A stretch of DNA of 24,000 nt from an uncultured beta proteobacterium (GTDB taxonomy: Bacteria; Pseudomonadota; Gammaproteobacteria; Burkholderiales; Burkholderiaceae_F), in NCBI GenBank assembly GCA_963724365.1, contig CAVRUR010000003.1:120528-144527 (forward strand), given 5' to 3'. This document shows positions 9,827 to 20,755 of this stretch, in pieces (the stretch's first letter is position 1; each line of letters begins with the position of its first letter). The notes beneath the pieces are model-generated. The model was not told where the DNA came from. It was given only the letters and a program-made list of their open reading frames with translations, and made no database searches. A program made the position numbers and the translations under genes.

Positions 9827-9835
9827 GGTGCAGCG

Positions 9836-12749
<2,914 letters not shown>

Positions 12750-12779
12750 CGTCCGGTGCGGACTCTGCAGCGGTGTGCG

Positions 12780-13160
12780 TTACTTGGAGGCAGCGACGTT
12801 CGCTTCGTAGGCCTTGGCATCGAGCAGGCCGTCGATCGAGGCCTTGGTCTTCATCTTGAAGATCCAGGCCTCGTACGGCGCGGAGTTCAGCTGCTGCGGC
12901 TCCGACCCGAGCGCGTCGTTGAAGGCGACGATCTCGCCGTCGACCGGCGCATAGACGTCGGACGCGGCCTTGACCGACTCGACGACGCCGGCGGTCTCGC
13001 CCGCCTTCAGCGTGGCGCCGACCTTGAAGTCGCCGACGAACACGAGGTCGCCCAGCATGTCCTGCGCGGCGTCGGTGATGCCGATCCACAGCAGGCCGTC
13101 ATCGCCGATCTTGACCCATTCGTGCGAGGCCGTGTACTTGAGGTTCGAGGGAATGTTCAT
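12780..13160 (-). CDS. gcvH: glycine cleavage system H protein (lipoyl carrier)
   Basis: ORF 12780..13178. I place the start at the ATG at 13160 (MNIPSNLKYTASHEWV...), which has AGGAG 6 nt upstream. The lipoyl-lysine motif VESVKAASDVYAPV is present. The frame is intact. Confidence 0.95.
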   Translation of the reverse strand: MNIPSNLKYTASHEWVKIGDDGLLWIGITDAAQDMLGDLVFVGDFKVGATLKAGETAGVVESVKAASDVYAPVDGEIVAFNDALGSEPQQLNSAPYEAWIFKMKTKASIDGLLDAKAYEANVAASK

Positions 13161-13251
13161 GTTCTCTCCTTTGTTCAATACTGGTTCGGCCGCCGAGGCG
13201 CATCAGTCGAGCAGGTGCATCTCGCGCACGCGACGCGTACACCTGCGACGT

Positions 13252-14344
13252 CTAGATCAGTGGCTTGCCGTTGCGCACGAACGGCATCTTGACGACCTGC
13301 GCCGGCATCAGCTTGCCGCGGATATCGACCTGCACGGTGTCGCCGACCTTCACGTCGCGCGGCACGCGCGCCATCGCGATCGAGAACCCGAGCGTCGGCG
13401 AGAACGTGCCGCTGGTGATCTCGCCGTCGCCGGCCGGCGTCACGACCTTCTGATGCGAGCGCAGCACGCCCTTGTCGAGCAGCTTGAGGCCCGACGAGGG
13501 CCTGCGTGCGCCCGCATTGGCCGATCTGCTGCTCGAGCGCCGCGCGGCCGACGAAGTCGCGCGGCGACTTCAGGTCGACCGTCCACGCGAGCCCGGCGTC
13601 GAGCGGCGACACCGCCTCGTCCATGTCGTTGCCGTAGAGGTTCATGCCGGCCTCGAGCCGCAGCGTGTCGCGCGCGCCGAGTCCGGCCTCGGCCACGCCC
13701 GCCGCCTTCAGGTCGGTCCACAGCGCCGGCGCCTGCGCGACCGGCAGCATGACTTCGAAGCCGTCTTCGCCGGTGTAGCCGGTGCGCGCGACGAAGAGTT
13801 CGCCCACCTCGGCGGCGAAGAAGGCTCCCAGGCCTTCGGTCGCGGCTTTCGTTGCGGGCCGCACCTGCCAGAACTTCGCGCGCGCGTTCGGCCCCTGCAC
13901 CGCGATCATCGCCAGGTCGCGCCGCGGCTTGATGGTCACCTCGAAGCCGCCGTCGAGCCGCACCTTCTCCATCCACGCCAGGTCCTTGTCGGCCGTCGAG
14001 GCATTGACGACGACGCGGAACCAGTCGTCGCGCAGGAAGTAGATGATCAGGTCGTCGATGACGCCGCCGGCGTCGTTCAGCATGCAGGCGTACAGCGCCT
14101 TGCCGGACTGCGTCAGCTTGTCGACGTTGTTGGCGACGAGTCGCTTGAGGAACGCGCGCGCATCGGCGCCTTCGACATCGACCGGGCACATGTGCGAGAC
14201 ATCGAACATGCCGGCGTCGCGGCGCACCGCATGGTGCTCCTCGATCTGCGAGCCGTAGGCGACCGGCATGTCCCAGCCGCCGAAGTCGACGATCTTCGCG
14301 CCGGAGGCGACGTGCGTGTCGTAAAGAGGAGTTCGCTTGCCCAT
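13252..14344 (-). pseudogene. gcvT: aminomethyltransferase, glycine cleavage T protein, one frameshift as assembled
   Basis: ORF 13175..14344 ([52 protein letters not shown]...) loses sense after ...RTQALVG. The sequence continues in ORF 13252..13467 ([42 protein letters not shown]...). The shift maps to a C/G run near 13490. Confidence 0.9.
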
Positions 14345-14351
14345 GGAGTTC

Positions 14352-14592
14352 CCGCAAAAAGAAAAGGGGCGCGATCCGACCGTGGTCGTGCCGCACCCCT
14401 CTGTCCTTTTGCCTGAGAGTTCGTGAGCCGCCTGCAGCGCGGCCCCTGCCCCTTCGGCGCCGCGCGCCTTGCGGCCGCGGTCTCTCCAGAGTCGCCGGTG
14501 ACGAAGCGGTTCTTGAACCTGAGCGATTCCGGGTGAGATTGCGCCTTCGGCGGCATCCGATTCCGAGGACCCGGATGCGCTCTCCCGCTTCG
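14352..14592 (-). promoter_or_regulatory. tandem glycine riboswitch (two aptamers) with a terminator-type expression platform, leader of gcvT
   Basis: Minus-strand reading of aptamer 1: GCGGGAGAGCGCATCCGG...GCCGCCGAAGGCGCAA...CTCAGGT. Aptamer 2: CTCTGGAGAGACCGCGGCC...GCGCCGAAGGGGCAGGGG...CTCTCAGGCAAAAGGACAG. These match the GGAGAG / CCGAAGG.GCA / CTCAGGCAAAAGGAC signature. A stem AGGGGTGCG...CGCGCCCCT followed by TTTTCTTTTT follows at 14400-14356, directly upstream of the gcvT ATG at 14344. Confidence 0.85.
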
Positions 14593-14819
14593 ACCTACAT
14601 CAGCGAAAGCGAAGGATACCAAGTCCGGCGGGCGGCCGCGCGAGGTTCTAACTGCTGTTGTCGCGGACTTCGGCCGCCGACGGCGCTCATTTCTGATCGC
14701 TAGCGAGCCGACGCTCGGAACGGGGATCGTTCGACGCGAAGATGCCGCCTGCACAGACCGCGGCGCTGGCACAAATGGGCGAGTCGCAACGGTACCGGTA
14801 GCGAAGCACTCCGTTGACC

Positions 14820-14845
14820 GGAAGAGGAGATCCCCCTCCTCTTCC
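14820..14845. terminator. perfect 10-bp hairpin downstream of the lipoprotein gene (terminator candidate without a U-tract)
   Basis: GGAAGAGGAG-atcccc-CTCCTCTTCC lies about 55 nt after the stop at 14902. No flanking T/A run is present, so its function is uncertain. Confidence 0.3.
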
Positions 14846-14901
14846 TATCGTTCGGCCTTGAACGTCAAGTATTCCCGCCCGCTCTTGCCTGCCGTCCAGG
14901 A

Positions 14902-15342
14902 CTAACTTCTGCAAACACCCCAGTAAGTGTTGTTCGCTTCCGTGATCTCTGGAACGGCATTGTCGGCGTCCACAGTGACCGTGAAGTAGCAGTTCTTGGT
15001 CGTGTATTCATAGCAGGCCGCGGGAATGGCTGTAGACAGAGGCACAGACCCCGGAAAGCCCGCCACTTGAGGCGTTGGCAACTTCACCGTTATCGGTGTC
15101 GTCACGGTCCTGAATTCCACGACCGTCGTTGTGGGAGGTGCGGCCCTCAACCCTTCGTTCCTCACCGTGACAATCAACTTGCCCGCGTCGGGACCATCTT
15201 TCGCGATGGAGCACAGACTCGCGGGAGTGGAAAGATCCGAAGCGCCCACCGGCGTCAAGTTGGCAACGGGAGTTCCACAAGCGGCTAGTGCCAATGGCGC
15301 CAAAGCACAAGCCGTCCTCAGAAAAACCTTTGACTGGAACAT
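14902..15342 (-). CDS. orphan lipoprotein with a CARDB-like beta-sandwich signature
   Basis: Internal ATG of ORF 14902..15534 at 15342, with RBS AAGAGGGG upstream. MFQSKVFLRTACALAPLALAAC gives a lipobox LAAC. The mature part contains LIVTVRNEGLRAAPPTTTVVEF ... FTVTVDADNAVPEITEANNTYW. This resembles the CARDB pattern (VTV.N.G...A..... then VD..N.V.E.NE.NN). GC is clearly lower than in the flanks. Confidence 0.65.
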   Translation of the reverse strand: MFQSKVFLRTACALAPLALAACGTPVANLTPVGASDLSTPASLCSIAKDGPDAGKLIVTVRNEGLRAAPPTTTVVEFRTVTTPITVKLPTPQVAGFPGSVPLSTAIPAACYEYTTKNCYFTVTVDADNAVPEITEANNTYWGVCRS

Positions 15343-15698
15343 GATCAACCCCTCTTTGTGAAAATGGACAGAAACACCTCCGTTACCGACTTCCGTACCA
15401 AGCAACCGATACCGCCTTTCGCGATGACTCTGCGCTGAGCCGAACGAATCTCCAAGACCGGCGATTGGTAGGGCGTGCAGCATGCACCAAAACTTGTCGC
15501 CGGACAATTCCGATCCCTGGTCTCGACTGCTCATGCTGCAATGCTAGTGAACCAGTCAGCTTCCAGGTTGACGCACGCCAACGTTCAGCGGAACACGGCC
15601 AGCGTCCGCTTCCCGCGGGACCCCCGTGGGGTGCGTGGGGTGCGCCGGTCAACGATTACCAATGCCGCCGACGTACGCTTCGCAGCGCCGGCATCTGC

Positions 15699-16647
15699 TC
15701 AGCCGAGCGGAATCCGGCTCGCGTTGCGCGCCAGGAAGGTCGCAAAGTCCTGCAGTTCGGGATTCAGCTTGCGGGCCACGTCGAGCGGACGCGCACCGGT
15801 GAAGTAGTCCTCGAACTCGGCATAGAACTGGAACATGTTGCCCATGTCTTCGGCGCCGGGGAACCCGAAGCCGCGGAACTGCTCGGGCGTGACCACGTTG
15901 TAGCGCACGGTCTGGCCCAGTGCCTTGGTCAGCGCGGCGGCCATCTGCGCCCCGGTCAGGTGCTCGCCGGCGAGGCCGAAGGTCTTGCCGACGTTGGCGG
16001 CGCCTCCCTTGAAGATGCCGTAGACGCACTTGCCGATGTCCTCGACCGCGATGCCGGACAGGCTCTTGTCGGCCATCGGCAGCGTGAACGCGAGCACGCC
16101 GTCCGGCCCCTTCTTCGGCCCCATGCCGAAGTGGATCAGGTTGTCCCAGTAGAACGACGTGTTGACGCAGCGTCGTCGGCACGCGGCCGGTGAAGAGCTT
16201 GTTGGCCTCGCCCTTGGCGTCGAAGTGCGGCACGTTGTACTTGCCCATCAGCACCGGCATGCGCTTGCCGTCGGCCGGGAAGAAGGCGCGCGTGTCCTCG
16301 AGCGTCGACCAGACCACGTGCTTCACGCCGGCCTTGGCGGCAGCGTCCGCGAGTGTCGCGGCCTGGGCCAGTTCCTTCTCCGGCGAGAAGTGCTCCCAGA
16401 AGTTGGTCACGCAGAACGCTCCGAACGCACCGTTCATCGCGCGCTGCACGCTGGCCGCATCGTCGAGGTCCGCGACGACGATCTCGGCGCCGGCGGCGGC
16501 CAGCGCCTTGGCCGGACTCGCGAGTCCGGCTTTGCGCGTGACCGCACGCACGGCGAACTCGCTCTTCGCATCGGCCAGGATGGCACGCGCCAGCCCGCCG
16601 CCCTGGGCGCCGGTGGCGCCGAACACGGTGATGATCTTCTTCGTCAT
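15699..16647 (-). pseudogene. NmrA-family NAD(P)-binding protein, one frameshift as assembled
   Basis: The ATG at 16647 (AAGGAG upstream) gives MTKKIITVFGATGAQGGGLARAIL... with the Rossmann motif GATGxxG. Sense is lost after ...FTGRVPTT near 16125-16165. It resumes in ORF 15699..16124 (GPKKGPDGVLAFTLPMADKSLSGIAVEDIGKCVYGIFKGG...). Confidence 0.8.
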
Positions 16648-16681
16648 GGCAGTGCTCCTTCTTTCCGCAAGCGGAAGTGTC

Positions 16682-17717
16682 AGATGATGTCGCAGAGTAT
16701 CGCCGCCGCACGCTCGCATTGCGACGGTGCTGACATCGAGATGCGTCACCGCGCGCAAGCGTGCGCGCGCCGAACGGGAAGAGCAGCACACCGCGGCTGC
16801 GCGCGCGTTCGACCACCGTCGCCGCATCCGGCGCGCCTTCCTTCAGCCGGAACACGATGATGTTGGTCTGCACGGTGGCCAGGTCGATGTCGACACGGGC
16901 GTGGTCGGCGAGTCGCTCGGCGATCAGCCGCGCATTCGCATGATCGTCGCCCAGCCGCGCACGGTGGTGCTCGATCGCAAAGAGGCCCGCGGCCGCGTAG
17001 ATCCCGGTCTGCCGCATCGCTCCGCCGAACATGCGGCGGTAGCGCGTGGCGCGCTCGATCAGACTCGCGCGACCCGGCCAGCAGCGAGCCACCCGGTGCC
17101 CCGAGCCCCTTGGACAGCGCCACCGCCACCAGGTCGAACGGTGCGGCCAGTTCCGCGAGCGCCACGCCGCTCGCCGCCGCGGCGTTCCACAGGCGCGCGC
17201 CGTCGAGAAACGTCGCGATCGAGTGTTCGCGCGCGGCTGCACACACGGCGACGACGTCCTGCTGCGGGAAGACGATGCCGCCCGAGCGGTTGTGCGTGTT
17301 CTCGATCTCGAGCAGCGTGCGTCGGCGGGTAGATCGCGTGGCCACGCGGCTTGCGCACGGCGAGGAACGTCGTCGACCGTGAAGTGCCGTCGCGTTCCGA
17401 TTTCGGTGAACTGCACACCGGCGTTCGCGGCCGAGCCGCCGGTCTCGTGCCACACGGCATGGCACTCGCGGCTGACGATCACGTCGTCGCCGGGGCGCGT
17501 CAGCACGCGCAGCGCCACCTGGTTGGCCATCGTGCCGCTCGGCAGCCACAGCGCTGCGTCCTTGCCGAGCAGTTCCGCCATCGCGCTCCTGCAGGCGGTT
17601 GGTGGTCGGGTCCTCGCCGTACTGGTCGTCGCCGACGGGCGCCGCGGCCATCGCCGCACGCATGGCGTCGGTCGGGCGCGTGACGGTGTCGGACCGCAGG
17701 TCGATCGGAGTGCTCAC
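16682..17717 (-). pseudogene. ltaE: low-specificity L-threonine aldolase (beta-eliminating lyase family), about 6 frameshifts as assembled
   Basis: A GTG start at 17717 gives [43 protein letters not shown]. The sequence continues through other frames as [49 protein letters not shown], then [16 protein letters not shown], then [18 protein letters not shown]...[15 protein letters not shown]. It continues as [26 protein letters not shown]...[10 protein letters not shown] and ends ...QCERAAAILCDII-stop at 16682. Confidence 0.8.
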
Positions 17718-17766
17718 GCACGCGACTCCATCGGCGAAACCGACATGGTGCGCGATCGGCGCGGCC

Positions 17767-18143
17767 TCACCAGGACGACCATCTGGTGGCGCTTGCTTCC
17801 ATTCCTGCTCGATGCCGCGCCGGAACTCCGCATGACTCCAGAACATCGCGAGCAAACGCGATCAGCAGCACGATGGCGAATGCCCACGCCAGTCGCGTCA
17901 GGCGGCGCAGCGCCCCGCCGGCCGCGGCGAACGCGCCGTAGAACCAGTTGGTGAGTCCGTACAGGACGATCAGCAGGATGATCCAGATCGACCTTGCTGG
18001 CCGTGCCGCGCTTGTAGTCGATCGGCGCAGTCGACAATGCACCAGATCGGCTGGATCAGCACCATGAACAGCATCAGGACCGCGAACGCGATCATGAATC
18101 CCGTCATCGCAAGCGCCGCCAGTCCGGACAGTGTCCCCGTCAT
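17767..18143 (-). pseudogene. small multi-pass membrane protein with a PLDc_N-like motif, about 2 frameshifts as assembled; 3' end uncertain
   Basis: The ATG at 18143 gives MTGTLSGLAALAMTGFMIAFAVLMLFMVLIQPIWCIVDCA. The sequence continues as IDYKRGTASKV in a second frame. A third frame (ORF 17767..18174) gives IWIILLIVLYGLTNWFYGAFAAAGG...[14 protein letters not shown]. The W.I.D......K..W..LL......G..Y pattern resembles PF13396. The family call is tentative. Confidence 0.45.
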
Positions 18144-18201
18144 GAGAGCGCCGTCGTGGGCAGTTCGATGACACGGCGCGCAGGAGCCGGCATGGGAACG
18201 C

Positions 18202-20497
18202 TCATCGCCGCACGCAGTCCAGGAAGTACTCGGTGCGGCCGTCGACGTCCTGCTTGACCAGTCCGTGAATGTCGGTGCCGAACCCGGGAAAGCGCTGATT
18301 CAGCTCGCGCGCGAACTGCAGGTAGCGCACGATCGTGCGGTTGACGCGCTCGCCCGGAATGAGCAGCGGGATGCCGGGCGGATACGGCGTCAGCAGCACC
18401 GACGTGATGCGGCTTTCGAGATCGTCAATGGGCACCCGATCGACCGCGCTGTGCGCCATCTGCGCGTAGGCGTCGGCCGGCTTCATCACCGGTTCCATCT
18501 CGGACAGGTACATCTCGGTGGTCAGGCGCGCGATATCGCTCTCGCGGTAGATCGTGTGCACCGAGCGTGCACAGTTCACGCAGCCCCATTTTCTCGTACT
18601 GCGGGAACTGGCGGATGAACTCCGGCATCACCCGCCACAGCGGCTGGTTGTTGTCGTAGTCGTCCTTGAACTGCTGCAGCTCGGTGACCATCGTGTTCCA
18701 GCGGCCCTTGGTGATGCCGATCGTGAACATGATGAAGAATGAATAGAGGCCCGTCTTCTCGACGATGATGCCGTGCTCGGCGAGATACTTGGTGACGATC
18801 GCCGCCGGAATGCCGGGTTCGGCGAAGGTGCCATCGAGGTTCAGTCCCGGCGTGATCACCGTCGCCTTGATCGGGTCCAGCATGTTGAACCCGGGCGCGA
18901 TCTGCTCGAAGCCGTGCCAGGCGTCGCCAGGCTTCAGCATCCAGTCCTCGCGCGTGCCGATGCCTTCGGCCGCGAGGTGATCGGGCCCCCAGACCTTGAA
19001 CCACCAGCCGCCGCTCTCATCCGGCCCGAACTCGGCGTCGACCTTGCGCATCGCCCGGCGGAATTCGAGCGCCTCGGAAATCGATTCTTCCACCAGCGCG
19101 GTGCCCCCTGGCGGCTCCATCATGGCCGCCGCGACGTCGCACGAGGCAATGATCGCGTACTGCGGCGAGGTCGACGTGTGCATCAGGAACGCTTCATTGA
19201 ACATGAAGCGATCGAGCCTCTCGGTCTGCGCATCCTCGATCAGGATCTGCGAGGCCTGTGACAGTCCTGCCAGCATCTTGTGCGTCGACTGTGTCGAAAA
19301 GATCATCGATGCGCGGTTGCGCGGCCGTTCGGACTGCCCACCGATTGCGTGCATGTCGCGGTAGTACGGGTGGAACGCGGCATGCGGCAGCCAGGCCTCG
19401 TCGAAGTGCAGCGTGTCGATGCGGCCGTCGAGCAGCGACTTGATCGTCTCGACGTTGTAGAGGATGCCGTCGTAGGTGCTCTGCGTCAGCGTCAGTACGC
19501 GCGGCTTGTCGCGCGCCGCTGCGTCCCCTGCGCGTCGGGCTGCGCTTGCGCTCTTGATCAGCGGATGACGCTCGATCTTCTTCGCGATCGACTCCCACTG
19601 GAATTCTTCCAGCGGGATCGGGCCGATGATCCCGTAATGATTGCGCGTCGGCGTCAGGAACACCGGGATCGCGCCCGTCATCGTGATCGCATGCAGGATC
19701 GACTTGTGGCAGTTGCGGTCGACGATCACCACGTCGCCCGGCGCCACGACGTAGTGCCAGACGATCTTGTTCGATGTCGACGTGCCATTGGTGACGAAGA
19801 AGAGATGATCGGCGCCGAAGATGCGCGCCGCGTTGCGTTCGCTCGCCGCTACCGGCCCGGTGTGATCGAGCAATTGCCCGAGTTCGTCGACTGAGTTGCA
19901 TACGTCCGCCCGCAGCATGTTCTCGCCGAAAAACTGGTGGAACATCTGGCCGACCGGACTCTTCAGGAAAGCCACTCCGCCCGAGTGGCCCGGGCAGTGC
20001 CACGAGTACGAACCGTCCTGCGCGTAGTGCACGAGCGCACGGAAGAACGGCGGTGCCAGCGTGTCGAGGTAGGCGCGCGACTCACGCACGATGTAGCGCG
20101 CGACGAACTCCGGCGTGTCCTCGAACATGTGAATGAAGCCGTGCAGTTCACGCAACACCTCGTTCGGCAGGTGCTGCGTCGTGCGCGTTTCGCCGTACAG
20201 GAAGATCGGGATGTCTGCGTTGCGACGGCGGATCTCGCGCACGAAAGCCAGGAGCTTGGCGACGGTCTCCTGGTCACCGTTACCCTCCGCAAGTTCCTCG
20301 TCATCGACCGACAGGATGAAACCCGACGCGCGGCTCTGCTGCTGCGCAAAGCTCGCGACATCGCCGAAGCTGGTGACGCCGAGCGCCTCGACGCCTTCGG
20401 CTTCGATCGCCTTCGCCAGCGCGCGAATGCCGAGGCCGCTGGCATTCTCGGAACGAAAGTCCTCGTCGATGATCACAATGGGGAAGCGGAAGCGCAT
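18202..20497 (-). pseudogene. Orn/Lys/Arg decarboxylase family (large PLP-dependent, wing+core+C-terminal domains), one frameshift as assembled
   Basis: ORF 18425..20608, with the real start at the ATG at 20497 (MRFRFPIVIIDEDFRSENASGLGIRALAKAIE...). Hallmarks are SWHCPGHSGG, FVTNGTSTSNK and STQSTHKML (PLP lysine). After ...YEKMGLRELCTL the sequence continues in ORF 18202..18579 (VHTIYRESDIARLTTEMY...LLTPYPPGIPLLIPGE...). The shift is at a GG/CC doublet near 18561. Confidence 0.85.
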
Positions 20498-20658
20498 GAG
20501 GAGCCAGTCGTGCCGGCGCGCGGCGTTGGAAGGGTGCGGATTATCCGCGCCCGCGGGCGTCGCAAGCAAATGAATCGCTGAACGGTGGCTCGTCGGTTCG
20601 CCGCGCACCTCAACTTCGGCAATCCACTGTCCGGCTTGGTCAGGAAGCAGTTGCCGAC

Positions 20659-20703
20659 CGTCGACCGGTCGGGAGACCCTGTAACAGGGTGTAACGACCG
20701 GTC
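20659..20703. promoter_or_regulatory. nested palindromes in the divergent decarboxylase / FecR-like intergenic region (operator candidate)
   Basis: GACCGGTC (20663-20670), then gggag, then ACCCTGTAACAGGGT (a perfect 15-bp palindrome, 20676-20690), then gtaac, then GACCGGTC (20696-20703). The element lies about 55 nt upstream of the ATG at 20756 and about 165 nt upstream of the decarboxylase start. Confidence 0.35.
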
Positions 20704-20755
20704 AACAGCCCCTCCCCATGAGGCGTTGCACGTTCACTACCGCGAGGTCTTCACC

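Noticed and set aside
15480-15506. TGTCCGG on the minus strand about 160 nt upstream of the lipoprotein gene.
   Set aside because: Only the 7-mer matches. It lacks the TTT extension, and the -10 position reads ATGC. Another TGTCCGG at about 18125-18131 lies inside a coding region. These are most likely chance occurrences in GC-rich DNA.
15625-15642. Tandem direct repeat CGTGGGGTG x2 downstream of the NmrA-like gene.
   Set aside because: There are only two 9-nt copies. No further array, spacer structure or associated genes are present. It is too short to call a repeat element or CRISPR.
16648-16830. An apparent read-through ORF (15649..16827) fusing the end of ltaE to the NmrA-like gene.
   Set aside because: This is an artefact of a frameshift near 16735. 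In the corrected frame ltaE ends ...QCERAAAILCDII-stop at 16682. The NmrA-like gene has its own AAGGAG RBS and an ATG at 16647.
20628-20662. TGTCCGGcTT, a 9/10 match to the ECF -35 block, upstream of the FecR-like gene.
   Set aside because: The position 13 nt downstream reads TTGC, not CGTC. The nearest CGTC is 21 nt away. About one 9/10 match is expected by chance in a window this size.
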